Assembly (NCBI GenBank): GCA_016714745.1
Contig: JADKCG010000001.1
Coordinates: 129,236-193,235, forward strand
Source: Elusimicrobiota bacterium
GTDB taxonomy: Bacteria > Elusimicrobiota > Elusimicrobia > FEN-1173
Direction of reading: 5' to 3'
Length of the DNA: 64,000 nucleotides
The notes beneath the pieces are model-generated. The model ran no database searches. It saw nothing but the letters and a program-made list of their open reading frames with translations, and was not told the DNA's origin. Positions 34,819-44,229 of this stretch are shown one piece after another; position 1 is the first letter of the stretch, and the number at the start of each line of letters is the position of its first letter. The position numbers were made by a program, and so were the translations under genes.

Positions 34819-35789
34819 TCGCCCTCGAACGACTGGGGGTTCTCCCCTTTTTTGAGGGGGTGTCGCCCGAATTGCGCCAGCGTCTTGCCGGAGCCTTGAT
34901 GGAACAATCGCTCCCCGCGGGCCACACCGTTTTCGCTGAAGGCGAAGAAGGGGACGCCCTCTATTTCATCGCGGAAGGGCGGGTGGCCATCAAAAAAACG
35001 GTCGACAAGAAAAAAGGCTCCCACAAAATTCTTTCGATCCTCGGACCTGGAGATTTTTTCGGTGAGATGGCTCTCCTGGAAAAGGCTCCTCGCTGGGCGT
35101 CCGCGATCACTCAAACGCCCACGGTGCTGTTGTCCCTGCCCGCCGAAGAACTCGGAGCGTGGGTATCGGCGGATGCGAAAGTCCCGCTTCGACTGTTCTT
35201 GCCCGTTGTTCAATCGCTTAATGCGCGATTGCGCCAGTCTACACGGGAAATGATTCTCCTTTTTGATGTGGGCGGGTTGTTGGCGCAAAATCTGGACGCG
35301 CCCTCTTTGGCGGTTCAATTGGTGGAGGTCCTCACGCGAGGATTTGACGATCCCGTGAGCGCCTGTTTTTATTTGTGGAACGAATTTTCCGCCGAATTTG
35401 AACTGGTGGCGCCCTCGGGGACGTGGCCGGGACCTCTTTTGGCGGTTCGGCCCGACGCCGACCCCCTGTTCCATTGGATGGCGAAAAATAAGGAATGCGT
35501 TCTTTCCGTCGATTGGCTTTCCGATTCCCGTTTCGATGCCGAGACCCGTTCTTTGTGGCCCGGGTTTAAATCTCTTCTCGCGGCCCCGGTGATGGGGGAA
35601 CGACGGTCCATCGGCCATATCGTTTTTGGGCATGAGAGCGAGGGGGGGTATTTTACATCCACGCAACGGAGGGTTCTGGCCGGTGTGGTCAACTTGGTGG
35701 CGCCGGCTTTTGAAACCGCGTCAATGCGTTTGGAGCGAACCTCCCAAGAACGCCTCGCCCGGGCACGGCTCACTTCGATCGATTATTAA
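34815..35789 (+). CDS. cyclic-nucleotide-binding (cNMP) domain + GAF-like domain protein, translationally coupled to pilU
   Basis: N-terminal CAP-family cNMP-binding fold (GHTVFAEGEEGDALYFIAEGRVAI…FFGEMALL) and a C-terminal GAF-like region. The GTG start overlaps the pilU TGA. Confidence 0.6.
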   Translation: MIALERLGVLPFFEGVSPELRQRLAGALMEQSLPAGHTVFAEGEEGDALYFIAEGRVAIKKTVDKKKGSHKILSILGPGDFFGEMALLEKAPRWASAITQTPTVLLSLPAEELGAWVSADAKVPLRLFLPVVQSLNARLRQSTREMILLFDVGGLLAQNLDAPSLAVQLVEVLTRGFDDPVSACFYLWNEFSAEFELVAPSGTWPGPLLAVRPDADPLFHWMAKNKECVLSVDWLSDSRFDAETRSLWPGFKSLLAAPVMGERRSIGHIVFGHESEGGYFTSTQRRVLAGVVNLVAPAFETASMRLERTSQERLARARLTSIDY

Positions 35790-35792
35790 ACG

Positions 35793-36188
35793 ATGACGCA
35801 TCGACCATCCTTTCGGAAAGCGGCTCTGGAAGCCGCCCGCGCCTCTGACGATAAGAAATCCAGCGACATAAAATTGTACGATGTGCGACGGTCTTCCCCC
35901 CTCACCGATTATTTTTTGGTGGCCACGGTGGAAAACGCCCCGCAGGCCTCCGCTGTTCAAGACGAGATCGATCAGCGTGTGCGCACGGTGATGGGGGCGG
36001 TCGGCCGGCGGCGGGACGGCGGCCATCGCGCGAATTGGCGGGTCATCGATTACGGCGGGTTGGTTGTGCATCTCATGAACGCCGCTTCGCGCTCTTTTTT
36101 TGGAATAGAACGCTTGTGGGAAACCGCGCGTCTGGTTCGTTGGGACACCCCCCCCTCGGCCCCGCCCCGTCGAAAGGCCCGTTCCTAA
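35793..36188 (+). CDS. rsfS: ribosomal silencing factor RsfS (Iojap)
   Basis: DYFLVATVENAPQASAV…VIDYGGLVVHLM. Confidence 0.8.
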   Translation: MTHRPSFRKAALEAARASDDKKSSDIKLYDVRRSSPLTDYFLVATVENAPQASAVQDEIDQRVRTVMGAVGRRRDGGHRANWRVIDYGGLVVHLMNAASRSFFGIERLWETARLVRWDTPPSAPPRRKARS

Positions 36189-36208
36189 TCACAGGAGAAC
36201 GTTGAACC

Positions 36209-37894
36209 ATGAAAGATTCCGTCCGCGCCGTTTTATCTTCCGCCGCCCACCGCTGGGCGGCCCAGCAAACCCCTCCGCTGGTTTTGGGGGAAGCCCTCGT
36301 GGAGGTGCCCCCCGCGAACGTGGCTGGCGATTTCGCCTCGACGTGGCCCCTTTCTCTCGCCAAGGCAGTCCGAAAAGCCCCGCGCCAAGTGGCCCAAGAG
36401 ATCCTCTCTTTTGTGGAAAACGGTTCTGTTTTAGCGAAAGCAGAGATGGCCGGTCCTGGTTTTTTAAACTTTACCATGAGCACGGCGTGGTTGATGGAAG
36501 AACTTCGGCGTCTTCTTCTTGAACGGGGAGATTACGCGAAACGTGTCGGCTTGACCGGCGAGAAGGTCTTGATTGAATTCGTTTCCGCCAACCCCAACGG
36601 CCCTTTGCATGTGGGTCATGGGCGAGGTGCGGCGTTGGGCGATTCTCTGGCGCGGATCTTTCGCCATCTCGGATATAACGTGACCACGGAGTATTACATC
36701 AATAATGTGGGCAACCAAATGGAAAACTTGGGCGCCTCGGTGATGTGGCGGGCGGACGTGTTGGATTCCACCTATTTGAGCGAGGAAGAGCGTAGCGTGT
36801 ATAAGGCCAAAAAGGTTGACGACCTATATAAAGGCGAGTATTTGGTGGACACGGCCCGCGACATCATGCGCCGTTTTCCCAAAGACCAAGAGCGCCCCCG
36901 CGGGATCGCTTTTTTTCGCGACGAAAGTTTGGCCTTGATTCTATTAGGGATTAAAAGTGACTTGGGCGCGTTCGGCGTTTTCCACGATACGTGGTATCCC
37001 GAATCCCGCCTTTTTGAAGAGGGGCGTGTGGACGCGGCTCTGGCGGAACTGAAGCGCCGGGGGGATTTGAAGCAGGAGGACGGTGCCTTGTGGTTCCTGT
37101 CGACGAAATACGGGGACGACAAGGATCGTGTGTTGAAACGGGGAGACGAACGCCTTACCTATTTCGCATCGGACATCGCCTACCACCATGAAAAGTTTGG
37201 ACGGGGGTTCACCCGCCTGATTGATATTTGGGGAACGGACCACCACGGTTACGTTCCGAGAGTGAAAGCCGCCGTCCAAGCGTTGGGTCATGATCCGGAA
37301 AAGTTAACGATCCTTCTTTATCAGCTGGTCAGTCTGGTTCGGGGGGGGAAACCCGTGGCCATGTCCACCCGTACCGGAGAGTTCGTGCGACTGACGGAGG
37401 TGGTCGACGAAGTCGGCAAAGACGCGGCGCGATTTTTCTTTGCTCTGCGAAGCCCGAACAGTCAATTGGAGTTCGATTTGGATCTGGCCAAACGCGAAGC
37501 CTCCGACAATCCCGTTTTTTACGTGAAATATGTCCACGCTCGTTGTTGTTCCATTTTCCGAGAAGCTGAGAAACGCGGCGTCGGCCATCCCCTCCCCAAC
37601 ACCGCCGCTTTTTCCTCTCCGGAGACGTTCGACCCCGCCGAACGGGCGATCCTCCTGCGCTTGGCGTCGTTCCCTGACGTTTTGGATCAGTGTGCCAAAG
37701 ACCTCACGCCGCACCATATGACCGACTATTTGCTTAAACTCGCGGGGGACTTTCACCGCTTCTATGAAAATTGTTCCGTCCTCAACGCAACGGAGGCTCA
37801 ACGCCCTTTCCGCACCGCCCTTGTCGACGGTGTCCGCACCACCATCAAAAACGGTCTCTCCCTCCTGGGCGTCGACGCTCCTGAAACAATGTAG
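36209..37894 (+). CDS. argS: arginine--tRNA ligase
   Basis: SANPNGPLHVGHGRGAALGD HIGH motif and a C-terminal DALR anticodon-binding domain. 561 aa. AGGAG RBS. Confidence 0.9.
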   Translation: MKDSVRAVLSSAAHRWAAQQTPPLVLGEALVEVPPANVAGDFASTWPLSLAKAVRKAPRQVAQEILSFVENGSVLAKAEMAGPGFLNFTMSTAWLMEELRRLLLERGDYAKRVGLTGEKVLIEFVSANPNGPLHVGHGRGAALGDSLARIFRHLGYNVTTEYYINNVGNQMENLGASVMWRADVLDSTYLSEEERSVYKAKKVDDLYKGEYLVDTARDIMRRFPKDQERPRGIAFFRDESLALILLGIKSDLGAFGVFHDTWYPESRLFEEGRVDAALAELKRRGDLKQEDGALWFLSTKYGDDKDRVLKRGDERLTYFASDIAYHHEKFGRGFTRLIDIWGTDHHGYVPRVKAAVQALGHDPEKLTILLYQLVSLVRGGKPVAMSTRTGEFVRLTEVVDEVGKDAARFFFALRSPNSQLEFDLDLAKREASDNPVFYVKYVHARCCSIFREAEKRGVGHPLPNTAAFSSPETFDPAERAILLRLASFPDVLDQCAKDLTPHHMTDYLLKLAGDFHRFYENCSVLNATEAQRPFRTALVDGVRTTIKNGLSLLGVDAPETM

Positions 37895-37979
37895 GGAGCT
37901 TCAAATTTTCGAAGAGTTTCATGTAACATTCCTTTGGATTTCCTCTTTCCCAAAAGGATATAAAAAACCAACATTCCCC

Positions 37980-38008
37980 TTGATTATTTATTGAATTGGG
38001 GGTAAATA
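37980..38008 (+). promoter_or_regulatory. candidate sigma70 promoter TTGATT-N17-TAAATA upstream of the PilZ gene
   Basis: Read directly from the sequence in the AT-rich 140-bp argS-pilZ spacer. Confidence 0.25.
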
Positions 38009-38032
38009 TAAACAAAGGAAAACCCCGCGGGT

Positions 38033-38587
38033 TTGCCAGAGGGATGTTTTTCCTGGGGAGGAATTACGCCGGTGAAAGAAAAAGTGGTGTCGGGCGGGGA
38101 AACCCAAGAATTTCATTGGAGCATGGAAGGCATTCGCCGCCAGGCAGAACCGGCGGTTCGGTTGAAACCCGCTCCGGCCAGATCGTCCGTTGACGAAGAG
38201 GCGCCCACGGGGGTAGAAAGTCGGCGGTTCCCTCGCATCGATCTCACCTTGCCCATTTTGTACAAGATCCTTCCGGAAGAACCGATGGTCGCTTCTCAGT
38301 CCGCTGCGCCGGACCTGCACAGCAAGGTTGATAATATCAGTCCCACAGGGGCTTGCCTGGTCCTTGCCGAAAAACTTCCCCGAGGAACCAATTTAGCGCT
38401 TTCTTTTCACGTGGCACAAAAGGCCGCCATTTCTGCGGTCGGCCGTGTTGTCTGGGCCAAACCGACCGAAATAGCCCATCATTACCTTACCGGTCTGGAA
38501 TTTGTCGTCGTCTATCGAAAAACCCGAACCAAAACCGAATACCTTTCCACCGACATCCTAAAAGACCTGCTCGGTCCCACAGCCTAA
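38033..38587 (+). CDS. PilZ-domain (c-di-GMP-binding) protein
   Basis: RxxxR-like segment RRFPRIDL and a D/NxSxxG motif (DNISPTGA). The likely start is the GTG at about 38071, after GGGGAGGAA. Confidence 0.55.
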   Translation: MPEGCFSWGGITPVKEKVVSGGETQEFHWSMEGIRRQAEPAVRLKPAPARSSVDEEAPTGVESRRFPRIDLTLPILYKILPEEPMVASQSAAPDLHSKVDNISPTGACLVLAEKLPRGTNLALSFHVAQKAAISAVGRVVWAKPTEIAHHYLTGLEFVVVYRKTRTKTEYLSTDILKDLLGPTA

Positions 38588-38871
38588 CCCGTCCCTCTTT
38601 TGACGCCTGGTGCACCCGACTGGAAATGTATTTCGTCGTTGCTCCATTGAGAGGGCCCCCTTTTTCCAGGACAAGATCATACAACGGACAACCGCCCGAT
38701 AAATCGTTCAACCCGGACTTTGCAATAGGCGCGAGCACCGAGATGAAGAAGCCGGCGGCTTTTTCGACGAAAAACGCGAACGCGTGGCGGTGTCTACGGT
38801 TGAGCGTTTTGAGGAAAAAGCAGTCCCGAATTCTTCGTCGAATGCCGTGTCCTATTGCAAAATCCGGGTTT

Positions 38872-38908
38872 AATGTAAACCAATCGACATTGATTCTTGG
38901 TTGACATT
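38872..38908 (+). promoter_or_regulatory. BirA-box-like bio operator (TGTAAACC-N17-GGTTGACA) overlapping a TTGACA -35 element, 50 nt upstream of bioB
   Basis: aaTGTAAACCaatcgacattgattcttGGTTGACAtt. The half-sites match the E. coli bioO arms TTGTAAACC / GGTTTACAA. Confidence 0.45.
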
Positions 38909-38957
38909 GCTCGCGTTCTTTGGTTGAATACCCTCCTTGCATCGACGGAGGAAATCC

Positions 38958-40023
38958 CATGCCCCTGCTTGAAATCCCTGACGCCACTGAAGTGAGTAGA
39001 AAAAGTCTGGCGGGAGAACTGTTGTCCCGCGAAGAAGCGCGAGCGGTGTTGTCCTGGCCGGACGAAGAAATATTGGATCTGATTTCGGCCGCGTATCGAG
39101 TACGCCGAACCCATTTCGGCCGCCGAGTGAAAATGAACTTTCTGGTCAATCTCCAATCCGGTTTATGCGCTGAAGATTGTTCCTATTGTAGCCAATCCAA
39201 AATCTCCAAAGCCCCGGTGGAGAAATACAAATTCCTTTCCTCAGACGAAATATTAGACATGGCCGACCGAGCGGTGAAAGCGGGCGCGGCACGATTGTGT
39301 CTGGTGGCTTCCATGCGGGGGCCTTCGGAGCGGGATGTGGTCTCTTTGAATGAATCTGTTCGGCAAGTCAAAGAGCGTTATCCTCAACTTGAGATCTGTG
39401 CGTCCATGGGTTTGCTTAAGGAGGGTCAAGCGGAACGCTTAAAAGAGGCCGGCGTTGATGCTTACAATCACAATCTGAACACCAGCGAGTCCCATTATGA
39501 AAAAATCTGTCATACCCACACCTACAAAGATCGGGTGGATACCGTGGAACGGGCCAAAGAGGCCTCCCTTTCTCCCTGCTCCGGGGCTATTTTCGGAATG
39601 GGGGAAACCACGGAAGACATTATTGACGTGGCCTTCCGATTGCGGGAGACCGGGGTGGACTCCATTCCCATTAACTTTCTGATTCCCGTGCCGGGGACAG
39701 CTCTGCAGGGGAAAAATGATCTGACTCCCAACCAGTGTCTCAAAATCCTATGTCTCTTTCGGTTCATCAATCCCGCCATGGAACTTCGCATTGCCGGAGG
39801 GAGAGAGCTTCATTTGCGGTCCCTTCAGACGCTGGGGCTGTACGTGGCGAACTCTATTTTTGTGGGAGATTATCTGACCACCAAGGGACAGTCCGCCACC
39901 GCTGATCGCCAAATGGTGCACGACATGGGATTTGAGGTGGTGGGCGATCCTGCCCGGTCCGAGGGCCCCCCCGTTTCCCTCGCCGAGGGTGTCGAGATCG
40001 TTACCCGCGCCACGCGGCAGTGA
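38958..40023 (+). CDS. bioB: biotin synthase (radical SAM)
   Basis: CAEDCSYCSQ radical-SAM cluster motif. GGAGG sits 8 nt before the ATG at 38958. Confidence 0.9.
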
Positions 40024-40751
40024 TCTTGAGCAAGGTCGTTTTGATAACGGGGGCCAGCCGCGGCATTGGTCGAGCGTTGGCGCTTGATTTGGGGCGCGCG
40101 GGGTATTGCGTTGGGGTTAATTATCGCAGTCGACGGGCGGAGGCGGAATCGGTTGTGGCTGAGTTGCGCAATGGTGGGGCAGAGGCCGATCATTTTCCTG
40201 CCGATGTGTCCGATCCCCTTCAGGCCAAGGACCTGGTGGACGGCGTTGTTCGGAAATGGGGGAAAATCGACGGGCTGATCAACAACGCGGGGGTGACGCG
40301 GGACCGGAGCATTGGAAAAATGTCCCTGGAAGAGTGGCGCGACGTGATCGACACGAACCTCTCTGGCCCCTTCTATTGTCTTCAATCCGCTTCACATCAC
40401 ATGCGCCGTCAAAAAAGCGGTTTTATTATTAACATCGCTTCTATACTGGGGGTCCATGGGGCCGTGGGCTGTGCCAACTATGTGGCGGCCAAGGCCGGTT
40501 TGATCGGATTAACAAAAGCCGCGGCACGTGAGTTGGGACGGTACAATATTTGTGTGAACGCTGTGCTCCCGGGGTTCCATCCCACTGAAATGTCGGAAAA
40601 AATTCCTCCCGAACAAAATGCCCGCGTACTCGCTCAGCATTCGCTTGGCCGGTCCACCGACATCAAGGACCTTTCCCGGTTCGTAATGAATTTGACCGAT
40701 TTGTCCACGGTTTCTGGCCAGGTCTTTAACGTGGATTCCCGGATTTTGTGA
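40020..40751 (+). CDS. FabG-like 3-oxoacyl-ACP reductase paralog embedded in the bio operon
   Basis: [17 protein letters not shown], and [18 protein letters not shown] (the YxxxK motif). The GTGA overlap with bioB means it is co-translated with the biotin genes. Confidence 0.75.
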   Translation: MILSKVVLITGASRGIGRALALDLGRAGYCVGVNYRSRRAEAESVVAELRNGGAEADHFPADVSDPLQAKDLVDGVVRKWGKIDGLINNAGVTRDRSIGKMSLEEWRDVIDTNLSGPFYCLQSASHHMRRQKSGFIINIASILGVHGAVGCANYVAAKAGLIGLTKAAARELGRYNICVNAVLPGFHPTEMSEKIPPEQNARVLAQHSLGRSTDIKDLSRFVMNLTDLSTVSGQVFNVDSRIL

Positions 40752-41887
40752 ACAACGAAAAAAGGCGTGTTGTTATAACGGGCATCGGTCTCGTCTGCCC
40801 CCTGGGCGCGGACCGAGAAACCAGTTGGCGTTCTCTCATCAGCGGCCATTCAGGGGCATTGGCCCCCAATGGGGTCTTTGCCCCGAATGGGGCCTTCGCC
40901 CCGAATGGGGCCTTCGCCCCGGTGCCGGAGGGTCCAGGTCCCAGGACTCTCATCTTGGCTCTGCGGGCGGCGGAAGAAGCATGGAACGATTCAGGATTGG
41001 GCGATGTGGATCCAGAGCGAGTGTCTTGCACCGTCAGTTCCAGCAAGCCCGTGTTGGGAAAGGACGATCCCTGGACGTGCCAGCCGCCCGAAATTATTTC
41101 AGCCGCCGTGGCTCGAGGACATAACGCGCAGGGCGCCGTGATGAATATCGCTTCCGCCTGTGCCACAGGGGCTCAGTCTCTTTTAACGGCGGCGGGCTGG
41201 ATCGAAGAAGGGCGGACAGACGTGGTTTTGGCGGGAGCGGCGGAGAGCGCCCTGCATCCACTCTATTTGGCAGGGTTCCGCCAGTTGGGTGTTCTTTCAA
41301 AAAGAGGGGTGGTCAGGCCTTTTGATCGTGGCCGAGACGGGTTTGTAGTGGGGGAAGGCGCCGCGGTGTTCGTGCTGGAATCCCTGGCGGGGGCGAACGC
41401 GCGGGGCGCCAAAATTTATGGCGAAGTGTTGGGGGGGAACTTCTCGTCGGACGCCCATCACGCCACACGGTTCAATTCTAACGGACGAACCATGGCGGCC
41501 TGTCTGCAAAAAGCCTTGAGTCAGGCCGGTTTGACTTCGAACGACCTGGATTACGTGAACGCCCACGGCACCGCCACCGTTTTAAACGACAGGCTGGAAA
41601 CCCAAGCCCTGTTGTCACTATTTCCAAAGAACCCGCCCCCCGTTTCGTCCACCAAGGGAGCCACGGGCCATCTGTTGGGAGCCACCGGCGCGGTTGAAAT
41701 CGCATTCAGTCTCTTGGCCATGAGAGATGGGCTGTTGCCTCCGACGCTGAACATGGAAAACCCCGAAACCGACCGTCTTGATTTTGTTCCGAACCATTCG
41801 CGCTCGGCTCCACTTGACCGCGTGGCATCTTTGTCTTTTGGGTTCGGTGGAACCCTCGCGGCGGTTGTTCTGGGAAAACCCACATGA
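40748..41887 (+). CDS. FabF/FabB-type 3-oxoacyl-ACP synthase (KAS I/II) paralog embedded in the bio operon; carries an internal tandem repeat
   Basis: Active-site Cys ([12 protein letters not shown]), His ([11 protein letters not shown]) and His ([13 protein letters not shown]). Start and stop overlap the SDR and bioF (GTGA and ATGA). Confidence 0.75.
   Translation: MNNEKRRVVITGIGLVCPLGADRETSWRSLISGHSGALAPNGVFAPNGAFAPNGAFAPVPEGPGPRTLILALRAAEEAWNDSGLGDVDPERVSCTVSSSKPVLGKDDPWTCQPPEIISAAVARGHNAQGAVMNIASACATGAQSLLTAAGWIEEGRTDVVLAGAAESALHPLYLAGFRQLGVLSKRGVVRPFDRGRDGFVVGEGAAVFVLESLAGANARGAKIYGEVLGGNFSSDAHHATRFNSNGRTMAACLQKALSQAGLTSNDLDYVNAHGTATVLNDRLETQALLSLFPKNPPPVSSTKGATGHLLGATGAVEIAFSLLAMRDGLLPPTLNMENPETDRLDFVPNHSRSAPLDRVASLSFGFGGTLAAVVLGKPT
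40862..40915 (+). repeat. three tandem 18-bp units (GCCCCGAATGGGGCCTTC-like) inside the KAS gene, encoding [18 protein letters not shown]
   Basis: The second and third units are identical; the first differs at 3 positions. Confidence 0.8.
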
Positions 41888-43152
41888 TTTTTTCTCCACT
41901 GGATCATCGGCTTACCGCCGGATTGGCCGGGCTCGAATCCGAACACCGCCGCCGACGTCCGCGTACAGTGCAGACCATTCCCTCTGCGCACACCCGCGTT
42001 GCGGGTCGGGAAATCCTAAACTTTGCCTCTAATAATTATTTGGGTTTGGCCGAAGATTCACGCGTGTGTCGCGCCGCCGCCGAGGCCGCACACCTATGGG
42101 GCGCGGGGGCCACGGGGTCCCGGTTGATGGGAGGAACCTTGGCGTTCCACGAAGAATTGGAAACCGCCCTGGCAAAACTTAAAGAACGAGAATCCGCCTT
42201 GGTGTTTCCTTCTGGTTATCACGCGAATCTGGGTATGATCCCCGCCCTCGCGGGTCCCGACGATACACTTTTCCTCGATCGTTTGGCTCACGCCTCTTTG
42301 GTGGACGGTGCCCGTTTGTCCAAGGCCCGGGTGAGAATTTTTCGACACAACGATCCGGACGATCTGAACCGCGCGCTGTGCCGTGTCTCTGGGAACGGGG
42401 AGCGGTGGGTGATAACGGAAAGCGTTTTCTCCATGGACGGCGACCGGGCGCCGCTGAAAGATCTGGTCTCGGTTTGCCAAAAGCGGAGCGCTCGGCTTTA
42501 TGTGGACGAAGCTCATGGTACAGGAGTGTGGGGTTCTGGGGGCCGCGGCTGGGTGAACGAGCAAGGCGTGGCCGATCAGGTGGATGTTTGTATGGGGACA
42601 TTGTCAAAGGCGTTCGGTGCCCAAGGCGGGTTCGTTTGTGGTTCTTCCATGTTAACCCAGTGGGCCATCAACCGGGCCCGGGCTTTTATTTATTCAACCG
42701 CGCTGTCGCCGTCCGCCGTGGGCGCGTCGTTGGCGGCGCTCAAAATCATGCAAGAGGAGCCAGACCGGAGATCCCGACTGTTCGGCCTTTCTGCCCAGTT
42801 ATGGGCCGGTCTCAATCTTAAAGGGGAAGGCCCCATCGTCCCCCTCACCGTCGGTGAAGATACCCAAGCCTTGTCCCTTTCCTCCGCTCTTTGGGAAGCA
42901 GGTATCTTCGCCCCCGCCGTCAGGTTCCCCACGGTTCCCAAGGGCGCCGCCCGCGTCCGTTTTTCCGTAACAGCCAACCATGCCGCCGAAGACATCGACC
43001 GGGTTCTTTGGGCCGTCGGAAAATGGGGCCGTCTCAACGGGAACACCCACATTGAGAATAAATCTTCTCCCTCTCCCGCATCAGCGCCCCTGGCGCCCCA
43101 GGTGCCCATCGCTCTGCGATGGGCCGCTGGCGGGAGAGATTCGGTTTTATGA
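41884..43152 (+). CDS. bioF: 8-amino-7-oxononanoate synthase
   Basis: PLP-dependent alpha-oxoamine synthase signature including the GTLSKAFG lysine motif. Confidence 0.85.
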   Translation: MIFSPLDHRLTAGLAGLESEHRRRRPRTVQTIPSAHTRVAGREILNFASNNYLGLAEDSRVCRAAAEAAHLWGAGATGSRLMGGTLAFHEELETALAKLKERESALVFPSGYHANLGMIPALAGPDDTLFLDRLAHASLVDGARLSKARVRIFRHNDPDDLNRALCRVSGNGERWVITESVFSMDGDRAPLKDLVSVCQKRSARLYVDEAHGTGVWGSGGRGWVNEQGVADQVDVCMGTLSKAFGAQGGFVCGSSMLTQWAINRARAFIYSTALSPSAVGASLAALKIMQEEPDRRSRLFGLSAQLWAGLNLKGEGPIVPLTVGEDTQALSLSSALWEAGIFAPAVRFPTVPKGAARVRFSVTANHAAEDIDRVLWAVGKWGRLNGNTHIENKSSPSPASAPLAPQVPIALRWAAGGRDSVL

Positions 43153-43838
43153 CGCCCTCTCTTTTCATCACCGCGACAGACACAGAAGTCGGAAAAACAT
43201 TTATCGCTTGCCTGTTGGCCGAAGTGATTCGTGCCTCAGGGAAAACCGTCGGCGTCTTGAAACCCTTTTCCGCTGGGGACCTCGATGACGCCACCCGACT
43301 GCAACGTGCCGCTGGGGGGCAAGGGACTCCACACCAAGCCACACTTTTGTATTGTCCATTCCCCGTGACGCCGGCCGCTCAGTTGGGGTTGGGATCCCCT
43401 GGCGAAAAGATCGTTAAAAAAACCTTTAAAGAATCTGTTTCTGCGGTTAAAGAGTTACAAAAGAAGCGTGACTGTGTTTTGGTGGAAGGATTGGGCGGCG
43501 TTTTGGCTCCCTTGGGGGGGCGTTTTTTTGTGACAGACCTGATGGCCACACTCAATCTTCCTATTTGGGTTGTCGCCCGCGCGGGTTTGGGAACAATCAA
43601 CCATACGTTGTTGACCGTAGAAGCCCTGACACGGAGGGGGCTGACACCCCGCCGAATTCTTTTGAATAATTATAAAGGTCGGGATTTGTCGGAACGAACG
43701 AATGCCAAAATTATTAAACGATTGACAGGACTCCCTGTCACAGAAGTTCCCTGTACTTCCACCCGCGCCACAGAACAGAAGGTCAAACGATTGTTGTGGG
43801 ACGCGTTTGTGGCGGATTTTTATTTCCATGAAAAATAG
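43149..43838 (+). CDS. bioD: dethiobiotin synthetase
   Basis: ITATDTEVGKT P-loop. ATGA overlap with bioF. Confidence 0.85.
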   Translation: MTPSLFITATDTEVGKTFIACLLAEVIRASGKTVGVLKPFSAGDLDDATRLQRAAGGQGTPHQATLLYCPFPVTPAAQLGLGSPGEKIVKKTFKESVSAVKELQKKRDCVLVEGLGGVLAPLGGRFFVTDLMATLNLPIWVVARAGLGTINHTLLTVEALTRRGLTPRRILLNNYKGRDLSERTNAKIIKRLTGLPVTEVPCTSTRATEQKVKRLLWDAFVADFYFHEK

Positions 43839-43899
43839 ACGCCAAAGCAAGGGGGCTCCACCCCCTCCTACCCCGGCCAGGCGCTCCGCCCTGGACCCG

Positions 43900-43935
43900 G
43901 CTGACTTTTCTTTGGACCCGCAAAGAAAAGTCAGC
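43900..43935. other. perfect 15-bp inverted repeat (GCTGACTTTTCTTTG-gacccg-CAAAGAAAAGTCAGC) in the bioD-bioA spacer
   Basis: Both arms are exactly reverse-complementary. They are flanked by a duplicated GGACCCG. Confidence 0.75.
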
Positions 43936-44229
43936 AAAAGAAACGGGCCCCGTCGGGCCGCTCCCACGCGGCACTTCCGCTATCGCGGTCGCCATGCGCG
44001 CGATTTTGTGCCGGAGGCTGACCCACCTCCCGCATCAGCGGCTCTGCCGCCCCAGGTGTCGAGAGCTCTGCGAGCGGCCGGCCCTAAGAAGCCTACGGGC
44101 CGGATCGGACAGGGTCAGCCCCGCTATCGGCACAAAACCGTGCTCGAATCGCCTCAATGGGGAATCAAAGGGCCAAACCAAAAGATTCACCAAAAAGGAT
44201 CAATTCCAAAACAAGAATCACCGAACAAC

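Noticed and set aside
34752-35666. 304-aa minus-strand ORF (and 34057..34662)
   Set aside because: Antisense to the cNMP/GAF and pilU genes.
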